From Prasinococcaceae sp. CCMP 1430 (lineage: Eukaryota > Plantae > Prasinodermophyta), in NCBI GenBank assembly GCA_013416795.1, contig RQSC01000017.1, positions 205,072-251,647 of the forward strand: a stretch of DNA of 46,576 nucleotides, read 5' to 3'. The notes under the pieces were generated by a model. That model did not search any database, was not told the origin of the DNA, and saw nothing but the letters and a program-made list of their open reading frames with translations. A program made the position numbers and the translations under genes. Below are positions 34,718 to 45,997 of the stretch, in pieces (the stretch's first letter is position 1; each line of letters begins with the position of its first letter).

Positions 34718-35052
34718 TTCATTGAGGAGAAGGCGCGGGCGCCGCCATGCCTGGCGCTGTCCCTCGGGCTGGCGCTGCTCGCGGCGCAGGGCACGCGCGC
34801 GCTCGACACGGCGTGGCGCTGCGACTCGGCAGAGCTCGAGGACAGCAACGCCGACCACCCGTACATCGCCACCGAGGCCGGCGCTGTCGACCTCGCCGGG
34901 AAGAGCTTCACGCTCGAGGCGTGGGTGAAGCGCTACAGAATGAACGCCACAGAACAGGTCCTCTCGCAGGGCGACGTCCAACCAGCGGAAAACACCAAGC
35001 AGGTGCGGAGAGGGCCGCACCAGCGCGCGCATGGGCTGCGTCTCTCTCCCTC

Positions 35053-35141
<89 letters not shown>
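34639..35141. repeat. (GT)n at 34639-34710 and compound (CT)n(GT)n at 35041-35141
   Basis: Directly visible; the second lies inside an intron. Confidence 0.95.
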
Positions 35142-35145
<4 letters not shown>

Positions 35146-36313
35146 GCAAGCGCGTGCGACCCGGCAGCCGTTGCTGACAGCCCCTCACCTCGCAGTCCCT
35201 GTTCTTCGGCTTCGCCGGCGAGGGTATCGGCTCCAACACGTTCCGCTTCTCGCTGCACGCCGACGACGCCATCAGCATGCGCCTGCAGCCCTACGCTGAC
35301 GACGTGGGACACTGGCATCACTGGTGCGCGATCTCGCGCTTGGCGCGGGAGAGAGAGGATGGGTGGGGGAAGTGGCCTTTACCAGAACACGCACGCTGAC
35401 GGCCCCGACCCCCACCACCACCCACACGCCCGCCCGCCCGCTCTCCCGCACACACATACGCACGCGCACGCATGCGCCCGTACCGCACCCACTGCTACCT
35501 TCTGCGCTTTCTCCCTCGCAAGGGCTGCGACGTTCGATGCCGACAGGCGAGAGCGCCGGCTGTACCGGGACGGCGTACTGGTGGGTTCGGCGCCATCGGT
35601 GTCGAGCTACAGAGCGACCGGCGCGCTGATCCTCGGGCGCCACCACGATTGGACCGGCGGTGACGGCGAGGCGCGCGACGCCCTGCGCGCCGAGGTAGGC
35701 ACAAAGGCGTGCTCTCACGCGCGCGCGCACGCGCGCACACGCCCGTGCTTACACACGCACGCATGCACGCACGCACCCACGCACGCACACACACACACCT
35801 ACACAATGCTCACATACACACACACACACAGGTGGACGAGGTTCGCGTGTGGGGCGCCGTGCTCACGCAGGCACAGCTGGCGTTCTACTCGCAGAAGCGC
35901 CACAACTACGTGCTCACGCAGCACCCGCACAGGGAGATGCTGATGCTCTACTACATGTTCAATGGGTGCGCGCGCGCGCACGCTCGCGCTCCACCACGCA
36001 GGCGTGTGTGTGCGCGCGCGGCACACACACACACGCACATACACACGCGCTCGCTCGCGAGCGCGCGCTCACGCTCCCCACAATCACGCGCGAAAAAACG
36101 CGCCTGCGTAGGGTCCCAGACAACGCTACAAGCGTGACGGACGTGTCCTCTGCGGGCGCGCACGGCTCCATCTTCGGCGAGGGCTCGGCGTTCGAGGGCG
36201 TGCCCGGCGTGGGCAAGGGTGGCTGCTGCAGCTCGCGGTGCAAGCTCTGCGGCGCGGCCGACGGTGACGTCAACCTGCCGTCGAGCCCGGGGCTGCTGGC
36301 GTCGACCTACTGA
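34724..36313 (+). CDS. Secreted LamG/concanavalin-A-like protein, 5 visible exons (to 35002, 35196-35323, 35523-35694, 35832-35965, 36112-36313); start not found
   Basis: Signal-like LALSLGLALLAAQG, SFTLEAWVK, WHHWAATFD..LYRDG..LILGR..VDEVRVW. Four introns keep the frame. Confidence 0.8.
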
Positions 36314-36401
36314 GCGGAAACGTGGGAAACAACTTCAATCCCGAACTGTGTATGTACAGTAAGATTGTGTAGACTACAGTGTACATACTGTGGATGGTAG
36401 A

Positions 36402-37952
36402 TTAGTCCTCGAGCGCCTGCTGCAGTGCCGCGCGCGCGCGCTGCGCCTCGGTGATGGCCGCGTCTCGCGCGGCGCCCCCAGCCTTCTCCTGCAAGGACAA
36501 CGTCCGCGCACGAAAGCCCTCCAGCATCTCCGCGAGGTCAGCATCCGCGGCCGCACTCTCGCCGGGGAGGTCCGCAAGCGCTGGCGATTCCGGCGCGAGA
36601 GTTGCAGCAGCCGGCGAACGCGCGGAGTGCTCAGGCGAGTCTTGAGCGCGCGTTTTCGGGCTCGAAGCGACGATCTGCACTGCGCGTATCGCTGCCGCGA
36701 GCCGAGAGGACTTCGAAGTCCTAGGGGCGCCGACCGCTGCACTGCGCGAGGACGCGCGCGGGCGCGGAGGCGACCGCGAAGCAAGCTCGAGCCGAGGCGG
36801 CGGCTCTGACACGGGTAGCGACTTTGTCAGTGGCACCACCAGGCCTGCTGCCGCCTCCGTGGCCGCCTTCGCCACACTGGCAGCGGCAGCGACGAGCACT
36901 CCCTGTTGCTCTATCTGTTGCTCCGCCAGCTTCCCCTCGCCCGCGAGCTCCGCACTTGAGACCTTGGAGCGGAATCCCGTCTGCTTGAGGAGCAGTTCGT
37001 TGTACTTTTCAACGAGTTCGTCAATCGCCGCGCAATGCTGCGCCTTCATTCGCCGCATGGCCTCGGTGTGATCCTCCTGCGCTGCCGCCACCGCACACGC
37101 ATACTTCTCCTCCACCGCGCGCAACTTCGCGTCCGCCGCGCGCTCCAGCTCGTCCACCACGCGCGCGTGACGCTGCTCGCAGGCGGTGATCGCCGCCTCG
37201 CGCTCGCGCTCGCCACGCTCGCGCGCCTCTCGCAACGCCTCAGCCAACGAGTCGCGCTCCGCCTCTGCTCTATCCATCAGCGCCTGCACGTCCCCTAACC
37301 GCTCCTCCGCCAGCTTGCAGCGCCACTTGAGCTCGGCGAGAGCCTCAGCAGACGCACCCAACCGCTCACCCATCGACACCACCAGGTTTGCCTGTGTGTC
37401 GCTCATTGCTGCGACGTGTGATACCGTGCGCGAATGTGACGCGGTGGCGCGTGGCACGAGCGCACCGCCGCTCCCATCTCGGAGCGTGAGAGTGCCGACA
37501 CCACCGCCATCACCGCGGCTGCCAATGCCCCACACGGACGTGTCATTGAGCGCGTGGTGCGCGATGGATGCTCGCATACGCGTAGAGCCGGCTGATGTTG
37601 CACGGCTAGCGGCACCTCCAACGACGACGGGGAGCGGCTCGTGCGGCGCTGGCGGCGAGACGTTGAAGGGTCTCTCAAGCGTGCCGCGCTCGAGCTGCTC
37701 GAGCAGCGCGCGCGCGTGTGAGTTTCTTGTCCGCTTCTCACCCGCATCCTGCATGGGTGCGCTGAGACGCGCAATCCACGCGCGAGCCAGCGAGCGCGCG
37801 GCCCCGCGCAGCGCGCCCCCGCCGGCCACGCGCTCGACGGCGAGCGCGAGCCGCTGGTAGTTGCGCTCGAGCACGAGCGCCGACTCGGCGCTCAGCCCCT
37901 CCAGCGCGGCGCTGGGCACGCCGGCCTTCCCCACCGCCAGGGCCGCCGCCAT
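36402..37952 (-). CDS. DUF4485/CEP112-like coiled-coil protein
   Basis: AWIARL..KRTRNSHARALLEQLERGTLERPFNVSPP resembles the CEP112 N-terminal domain; coiled coil follows. Confidence 0.65.
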   Translation of the reverse strand: MAAALAVGKAGVPSAALEGLSAESALVLERNYQRLALAVERVAGGGALRGAARSLARAWIARLSAPMQDAGEKRTRNSHARALLEQLERGTLERPFNVSPPAPHEPLPVVVGGAASRATSAGSTRMRASIAHHALNDTSVWGIGSRGDGGGVGTLTLRDGSGGALVPRATASHSRTVSHVAAMSDTQANLVVSMGERLGASAEALAELKWRCKLAEERLGDVQALMDRAEAERDSLAEALREARERGEREREAAITACEQRHARVVDELERAADAKLRAVEEKYACAVAAAQEDHTEAMRRMKAQHCAAIDELVEKYNELLLKQTGFRSKVSSAELAGEGKLAEQQIEQQGVLVAAAASVAKAATEAAAGLVVPLTKSLPVSEPPPRLELASRSPPRPRASSRSAAVGAPRTSKSSRLAAAIRAVQIVASSPKTRAQDSPEHSARSPAAATLAPESPALADLPGESAAADADLAEMLEGFRARTLSLQEKAGGAARDAAITEAQRARAALQQALED

Positions 37953-38350
37953 CGCGTGAGCCGTGGACCTAGACACCCGCTTTCCGCCCCGCCTCACGTC
38001 CGCCCCAACCCCGCCCACCCGCCCACCCCGCACAAGGCGCGTGCTGTGCCACTGTGTGCTTGCATGCGCCTGGGCACACGCAGTTGCTTGCGATTCAAAA
38101 AAGCTTCTTTGAGCTTTTCCCCCCTTGCCAGGCAGGTGGAAGCGCGGCCCCGGCGGCTTCGCCACACCACGCGGTGCGCAGGCCAGGGAGAGGGCGAGGG
38201 CGAGGCGAGACGAGGCGAGGGACAAGGCGGTGCGGGCCTCAGGGAGCGCAAGAGCCCGTGGGCGGGCGGGCGTGGAGCGCGCGGGTGGAGTGGGCGGGCG
38301 GCGGGCGAGCCGGCGTGGGCGCCGGGCCGCGCAGCGCTGCCGTTGGGGCG

Positions 38351-39010
38351 ATGGGCTCGGGCAGGGGCGACGACGCTGGGGGCGGCGGCGGCGGCGATGT
38401 GCCAAAGCAAGGCTCTGAAGGCACCGGTGGCGTCGTTTCACAGCCTCGCCGCGAGCGGCTGGAGTTCGGTGCGACTGACCTGCCGCTGCCGCCGTCGCTG
38501 CTGCTTCAAGGGGCGCCTACACCGAGCGAGCGACCCTCCATCGGACCTGTTGGCGAGAGCCCACTGCTTGCGCGCCTACAAGCCTTCCTTCCCGAGATGG
38601 AGCGCCAGAACGCGCAGCTTGAAGCGGCCATCGCTGCGCATCCGGAAGGCAACGCCGCGTTCGACATCGAGAACCTCGGCGGCAAGGCTGCGCAAGGGAC
38701 AGGTGGCACGGGCATACGCGTCACATGCGGCAGCGAGGGCGAGGGCAGCAGCGACGACGGCAGCGACAGCGATAGCGACGAAGACGATGAGCCTGAGCAC
38801 ATCGAGATGGACATTCAGCCGGGCGTGCTCGAGCTGCGCTCGGCGGCGGCGCTCGCAGCAGCGGAGCGCGCGATGGCCGCGGGGGGGGGCGCCGTCGTTG
38901 ACGCGGAAGACGACAGCGACAGCAGCGACGATGAAGGGGGAGGCGGCGGCGGCAGCGAAAGCGACACCAAAGGAGCTTCCAAGCGCAACGCGGGCATCAC
39001 GGAGCTTTGA
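38351..39010 (+). CDS. NOPCHAP1/C12orf45-like (DUF4598) protein
   Basis: SPLLARLQAFLPEMERQN..FDIEN..HIEMDIQPGVLE and acidic tracts. Confidence 0.75.
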   Translation: MGSGRGDDAGGGGGGDVPKQGSEGTGGVVSQPRRERLEFGATDLPLPPSLLLQGAPTPSERPSIGPVGESPLLARLQAFLPEMERQNAQLEAAIAAHPEGNAAFDIENLGGKAAQGTGGTGIRVTCGSEGEGSSDDGSDSDSDEDDEPEHIEMDIQPGVLELRSAAALAAAERAMAAGGGAVVDAEDDSDSSDDEGGGGGGSESDTKGASKRNAGITEL

Positions 39011-39150
39011 GCGCATGCGCGCGCACGACAAGCTCACTGTACATACTCTGCTACCTAGAGTAGGCAAATTGTCGAGGTTACAAACAGGTCACACAAGCGC
39101 AGCGGGCGCTGTGTGGTGAGTAGTGTACAACGCGTCGCGAGTGTCGAGCC

Positions 39151-40490
39151 TCAGTCGTAGAGCGAGTACTCCACAGGAGTGCGTAGGGGCCCTGAGGTCA
39201 TGTCGTCGTGGATGAGCTCAACCAACGCGCGCCCAACTGGTCCCGCCTCCCCGTCACCGATGGGATTGCCATTCCACCGCACCACGGGCGTCACGTGCAC
39301 GCCGCCGCCGAGCAGCATCGCCTCGACAGCCTGCTCCGCCTCGGCGGGGCTAATGTCGGCGTACACGCAGCGCTTGATACCGATGGCCTCGGCCGCGGCT
39401 CCGCCATCATTCTCCAGCAGGTCGATGACGCGCTTAAGTGTGAGGCCTCGCAGCACGTTCTCCGCCCGGGGAGTCACCAGCTCACGCTCGCGCGTGATGA
39501 AGGCGACGTTGGCGGTGGGTGCCTCGTTGACAAATCCGCCAGCGTCCAAAAAAATGCCGTAGTCAGCACCGGCGGCATGCCCTGCCTCCACGGCCATTAC
39601 ATTGGGAAGGTAGTTGGTCGACTTGATCTGACGGTGCGCCAGGGATACGCATGGGCGGGTACGGGTCAGCGCAGTGCCTTGTACATGACCTGGCATGGGG
39701 TGGGCAGGGCCGCGCCGTCGGGCGTGCGCACGCACAGCACCGCGCCGAGCACACGCACCGAACAGAACGGCGCAGGCTTTGGAGGGATGTGCGGGACAAC
39801 GGCGCACGACACGCCCTGTGGCACTGCCAGCGCCAGTGGCTCGACCGCCACGGCGTAGAAAGCAGAGCCCGGCGCCTGCTGCTCCACCCCCACCCCTTCG
39901 CCGCGTTTCGGCCGTGCGACCCCGAAGCCTCCCGGTCCCGACGACAGCCAATAGCGCAGGGCGCCGTCTCGCACCCCCGATGCGGCAGCAGTCGCGAGCA
40001 GCGCATCCCGGATGAAGGTCCGGCCGCCGCCGGGGAGGCAGAGGCCGACGGCGGAGGCGCTGGCCTCGAGCCTGTCCAGGTGCTCCTCCAGCATGTAAAC
40101 AGCACCGCCGATGATTATGGCCGTGTCAAACACGGCGTCGCCGCGCGTGCACAGGTGGTCCGACATCGGGACCACCATGGCGGCGCCCTCGCGCGTCACA
40201 GCGTCGGTCAGTGACGAGTAAAACGCGCGTGCGTGCGTCCCGCTGCCGCCCGCAGCAGCTGCCGTTGCAGCCGCATTGGCAGCCTCGACCGCGTCCGCGC
40301 CGCTATGCAGGTGGCGCGAGCAAATAGTGGCAGCGGCGCCGCGTCAGAACGGAGCGCGTGCGTTGTCGATGCGTGTGTGTGAGTGCGCGCGCGCGCACGT
40401 GCGCGTGTACGCAATCCCAGTGGACAATACTTGCCGCCGTCCCGCCCGCGCTGCGCGCCGCGCGCCCGCACCTGAGCAGGCGCACCGCGC
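39151..40490 (-). CDS. Class IV PLP enzyme, D-amino-acid aminotransferase/aminodeoxychorismate lyase-like; introns 40303-40471 and 39628-39758; start not found
   Basis: FYSS, DHLCTRGDAVFDT, EEHLDRL, LRYWLSSGPGGF, IKSTNYLPNV (PLP Lys), EAPTANVAF, LRGLT, IGDGEAGPV. Confidence 0.9.
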
Positions 40491-40817
40491 CCCCTCCCCC
40501 CCTCCTCTTCCCCGCCGCCCTGCGCCGCGTCCCGCCTGGCGGCCCCCCTCGCGGAGTTGTGGATAAGGATTAAACCCTACCCTAAATACGCGAGTTCATG
40601 GAGGCTTCATGTTGGGGTTGACCGGTCCAGCGCCGGGGGGCCCGCCCCTCCGGTGTGCCACCTCAGCGGCGCGAGGGAGGCCGAGTCAGGCCAGCCCAAT
40701 CGCCGCGCGGACCGTGCGCGCCGCCCGCGTCCGCGTCTGTCTCTGTGCTCCCCCGACGTCGCGCCGCGGCCGGTCGTCCGTTCGACGTTCGACGACGACC
40801 GGCGCAGCGGGGCCTGT

Positions 40818-40850
<33 letters not shown>

Positions 40851-41909
40851 TGTCTGCGGTCGTGCGGCTCGCGGCGCCGCGTGAGAGCCGTTCGCCCGCG
40901 CCGCAGCCGCAGCGCGCCTCGCGCCTCGCGCCTCGCGCCTACGATACCAGTTCAAGAAAATTCCCATTCGCGCGCGCATGGCTGCGCGGCACGCGCTGCG
41001 TCGATGGCATATTACCTCTATGTGCCGGCATCGGAAGCATCCGCGGGCGCTCCCGGGAGGCATCTCGCCCGGGCGCCCGTTTTCCCAATCGCCGCTTTGG
41101 GCGCGCGAGTCGCCCCGCGATTTGGCGCGCGCCGCGGGCGCCCGGCGGCCGGGATCGCACGCGAGCCCCTTGGATGGTGTTGTTCGCGCCGTAGTAGTAC
41201 TGATCGACCAGCGCCCACCCCCCGCCGCCACTCCCCCGTCCTCCGCACGCAGCGCCTCGCGCGCTCTGTGGCGCACCCGCGCCACATCCGCACATCAAAA
41301 CGCATGCGAACGCGGCGGGCGCGCTGCCAGCCACCCAGTCTGCGCCTGCGCGCAATCGTCGGTCGCGCAATCCGCACGCGAGCAAACATTGGGTATGCGC
41401 TATTCAGGGTTTATGTTTGATCTGCCGTCGGTAGCATCTGCTGGTTGATTGCGCCAGGCCCTTCGCGGTGTTGGCGGGTCGAGGTTCGGGTTGAGGATGG
41501 ATCGCGGTGCAGTGCATCGTGGGGGGGGGCACGGTGTCCCGATGGCGCTGACATGACCCGGTCAATCGGTCATGCAGGCATGATTATGCGGGTCTAGATG
41601 TGTCATTTGGGGGTGAGACACGGTCATTCCATCGGATGACCGGGGGTGGGGGCGGGGGCGCGGCGAAAGTGTGTTGACGATGCGCGCGTGTGGCGGGAAC
41701 GCGCGGAGTATCGCGTGCTGCGCGCAGGGTGGGTGGGTGGGTGGGTGAGGAGGGCGCCTGCCCGGCGGCGCGGCGAGGGGCTGGGGCGGACAGCGCACGG
41801 GGGCGGATGGGTGGTGGGGCGGGATGGGAGGGGATTTGCGGGGCCTGAGCCACATCGCACGCGCGGCGCAGGGCGAAGAGCCTGCTGCGAGGCGCGCGCG
41901 CGCGCCGCG

Positions 41910-43852
41910 ATGCAGTCGGACCTGGAGATCGCGCGCGGCGCCACCCTCCTCCCGCTCGAGGAGGTGGCTGCCAAGGTCGGCCTCACCGCCGCGGAGCTCG
42001 CGCCTCGCGCGGAGGGCGTCGCCAAATTGCGGTGGAGCGCGCTCAAGGAGCGGATGATCGACTGCGGCGGCGGGTGCGGCACGCGCCTTGCCGCGAGGCG
42101 CTGCGCGCTTCCCCGCGCAGTGAGGCGGCGTGCCCCGCCACGATTCGGCGTTCGCGCATGGACCGCGGACGAGGGCCGTGAGGGTGCGATGCGAGTGCGT
42201 GCGCGCCGTCGCGCGACCTCGCTGACGCGCGATCGTCACACCGTCTGTGTATCTCCCCGCGCTCCCCGCGCCCCGCGCGCAGTGGCGGCGGCAAGCGCGG
42301 CTCGATGGTCCTCGTGACCGGCGTCAACCCGACCCCCTTCGGCGAGGGAAAGACGGTCACAACCATCGGGCTGTCGCAGGCGCTGTGCCGTGCGGGCGAG
42401 TCGGCCTTCTGTGTCATCCGCGAGCCGTCGATGGGGCCCGTTTTCGGCGTCAAGGGCGGCGCCGCAGGTGGTGGCTATTCGCAGGTGCTCCCGATGGACT
42501 CCATCAACCTGCACTTCACCGGTGACTTGCACGCCATCACGTCCGCGCACAACCTGCTGAGCTCGATGGTGGACAATCACATCAAGCACGGCAACGCTGA
42601 GCGCATCGACGCGCAGCGCGTCTTCTGGCCGCGCGTGCTTGACCTCAACGAGCGCGCGCTCCGCCAGTGCGTGATTGGCCTGGGCGGGGCGGCTAACGGC
42701 GCGCCCCGAGAGGAGAGGTTCGACATCACCGCCGCCTCGGAGGTCATGGCCATCCTCGCGCTTGCACAAGACTACAAGGACCTCAAGGCGCGCCTGGCGC
42801 GCATCGTGGTGGCCCAGCGCGTGGACGGGACCCCGGTCACCGCTTCGGACCTTCGCGCCGACGGTGCGATGGCGCTGCTGCTCAAGGACGCGCTGCTGCC
42901 CAACTTCGTGCAGACCTACGAGGGCGATCCCGCGCTGGTGCACTGCGGTCCCTTCGCCAACATCGCGCATGGCAACTCGAGCGTGGTGGCGGACCGTGTG
43001 GCCCTGGGCTGTGCGGACTACGTGGTTACCGAGGCGGGCTTCGGCTCGGACATGGGCGCCGAGAAGTTCTTCAACATCAAGGCGTCGTCGTCGGGCGCGC
43101 TACCCGACTGCGTGGTGATCGCAGTGACCGTCCGTGCCATGAAGCTCCATGGCGGGGCGTTTGGCCCGAAGCCCACGCGTCCGGACCCCGAGATCGTGAA
43201 GCAGCTTGACGAGCCCGCCGCACGGAAGGGTGCCTCCACCAACCTTGCACGCCACGTGTCCAACATGGCGCGCTTCGGCGCGCCAGTGGTCGTGGCGGTC
43301 AACCGCTTCCCAACCGACCACCAGGCCGAGGTCGACGCGCTGCTTGAGGAGGCCCGTACTGCCGGGGCGACGGCGGCGGTGGTGAGCAACGTGCACTCTC
43401 AAGGTGGCAAGGGCGGCGCAGAACTGGCTGCGGCGGTGAAGGCCGCGTGTGCGGCGCACGCGGAGGCGGGCAGGCCGCACACGCCGCTCTTCGCAAAGGA
43501 TGCCCCTGTCATCACCAAGGTCGAGACCATCGCCAAGGAGATCTATGGCGCATCGGGCGTTGAGCTGAGCTCGAAGGCGCAGGCCGAGCTCAAGCGCCTC
43601 AAGCGCTGGGGGCTGGATACCCTCCCGGTCTGCATGGCCAAGACGCAGTACTCTTTCAGCGACAACCCCAACGCGCTGGGTTCGCCCAGCGGCTTCGTGG
43701 TGCCCGTCAAGGAGCTGCGCCTCAACGCGGGCGCGGGCTTCGTGGTGGCCATCCTGGGGTCCGTGATGACCATGCCCGGCCTGCCCGCGGAACCTGCGGC
43801 TGTCAACATGCATTTATCGGACGATGGCGAGCTAGTGGGGGTCTTCGGCTAG
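41910..43852 (+). CDS. fhs: Formate--tetrahydrofolate ligase, 2 exons (41910-42073, 42283-43852), 577 aa
   Basis: MQSDLEIAR, TPFGEGKT, GVKGGAAGGGYSQV, GPFANIAHG, TEAGFGSDMGAEKF, MAKTQYS, MTMPGLP. Confidence 0.95.
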
Positions 43853-43976
43853 GTCCAGGTAAATGTCGAAGTCTCAGTGAAGTTTGCCTATGTCGTGGTC
43901 GTGACAGAGCGTTGGTATACTAGCTTAGGAAGGGCAGCTGTGCCGGTGTCGTTGCACAGTGCGGTGAGTCTCCTCT

Positions 43977-45706
43977 TCAGGGCAGCGTGAGTAGACTGGC
44001 AAGGAAGCCTGGGTTGGACCTCAACCAGAGCGTTGCGTAGAACAGCACCGACGATGCAAACAGCACTGCTGGCGCGAAGAGCCGGTCATCCCTATCAAGC
44101 ACGAAGCGATAGTAGTGCTGGCTCACCCAGAGCGAGAGGAACACGTAGGCGGTGTTGGTCGCGGCCGGAGCGCCACACGTGGCGCCCGCGGCGGCCGTCG
44201 CCAAAAGAGTTGCCAAGTAGGCCACATCACGCAACCACCACGGCTCGCCCTGCGGCCTGGGGTACAATGGCATCGTTTCGATCAACCCCGACAAGCCCAG
44301 GGCGAGGGTGCCGAATGTCGCCACCCCTGGCTGGAAGACAGCCAGAACTGTTCTGGGGGCAACGCCCGTAGACTTGGCGGCCTATTCAGCTCGCGCCGGC
44401 ATGCAGGCGACGCGGCCAGCCGTGTCAGCGCCGCGCGTGCATGTTGATGGGTGCGTAAAGGCTGGGGAACGCCAGGGCAAAGCGGCGCGTGAGGGGGCAG
44501 GGCATGCGGCACATCGAGCGGAAATAGACATCCTCTCAGCGGCCCATCACGTACGTAGAACGTCGCGAGGAGAACAACTGAGGACACCCTCGTGGCCTCC
44601 ATCCTCCGTTTTGACTCCCAGCCCACGCCGAAGCCGAAGAACGTGGGCACGCACATCAGGCCAAGGGCGGAGAACAGCCCCGCCACAGCGGCCGTCCCGA
44701 GCGCTTTCGAGTCGTACATCACCGCCGCCGGCCCCAAATACGAGGTCGCCCAAAGGCCAAAGGTGCTCGCGAGTATCTCGTTCACCCATTCGCTCCTGTC
44801 CGAGGAGTGGACCCCCAGGCCATCCGGCCCAATCAGGGGCGGGTGCCGCGCAAGCGACCAGAAGAAGAGCGGCCACGCGAGCACGCACGCGGCCAACGCG
44901 ACCTGATGGTGCGCGTTCTCGCTGCCGCGGAAGCGCTCAGCGGCGAGCAACGCGTAAGCAAGCAACGCCCAGGCGAGCGCCTCGACCAGCGGGCGTCCTG
45001 CGCGCGCTATCAGACGCGCGGCCGCGCGGGCCCTCTTCAAGAGCGCGCTCCACAGCGGCATCGCAATCAGCGCGATGGAGGGCCCCACCGAGAGCGCGAT
45101 CCCCGCCACTGCTACGGTACTAGCAACGTTGACGAGCGAGAATGCCGATGCGAGTCTGCCAAATAGGCCACCACCTGCCGCAGCAGCCTTGGCTGCAGCG
45201 GGAACGCCGACGAGGAGGTCTTCCCGCGTCAGCGCAAGTGGCGCCTCTAGCAGGCCCCGCGCTGCCGCCAGCACGTCCGCTTCAACGCTTGCGTTTGTGC
45301 GCAGTTTCTCCGCGAGCTCCCCGAGGGCAAACCCGGTGGCAGCGTCGCGCGGGAGCAGCTCGCGCGGCCCGTTGGCGAGTAACCGCCGCGCGGTGCCTAA
45401 CAGCCACCAGACGCCGGGGTCTGGCAGCGCCGCCGCCGCCGCCGCGGGGCCGCCTGGCCCCGCTGCGGCCCACCACGAGGCGCAGCTGAACGCCACCGGC
45501 CACAGCAGGAAGCGGGCCGAGAGGCGCGCCCCCCACGAGCGCGCAGCGTCCTTGGTCATGAATGCCGTCTGCGTCTCGAGATCTTCGCCGCGGTAGAGGT
45601 TGCCAAGCACCTCGGTGACCGGCAGGCTGGCGTGCGCCGGTGCACGCACCGGCATGTGACATGTGGCACCCAGCAGCGCCGCGCGCGCTCCAACTGAACT
45701 CAGCAT
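43977..45706 (-). CDS. Unknown multi-pass membrane protein, 2 exons (45706-44555, 44381-43977)
   Basis: Many hydrophobic helices; GTACGT..CTGAC..TAG intron 44382-44554 joins the two ORFs in frame. Confidence 0.7.
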
Positions 45707-45997
45707 TTAGGGTTACAGTAAACCCTTCCTTCGCCAGCCGGCGACTGGCGTAGATGACGGCACGGCGAGCACTAACGAGCACCGTCGTCGCCGTGGTAGT
45801 GTGCGTGACGACCGTGCAGCTCGTGCTCTGGAGGCGCTACGCCTTGTGAGGCAGCGCGCTCGACAAGGTGCGCCGCGTGCTCAAGTCGCGAGACTCCGCA
45901 GTTTAGGAGCGAGTGTTCGTGGGAGGGACCGGCAAGGTAGTTCTCATGGCCAGTGTTTACAGCACGAACCCATGGTACGAGCGCACTGGCGTCCGTC

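Noticed and set aside
41437-41448. TGCTGGTTGA resembling part of U4 snRNA
   Set aside because: Short match only; no other U4 features or Sm site nearby.
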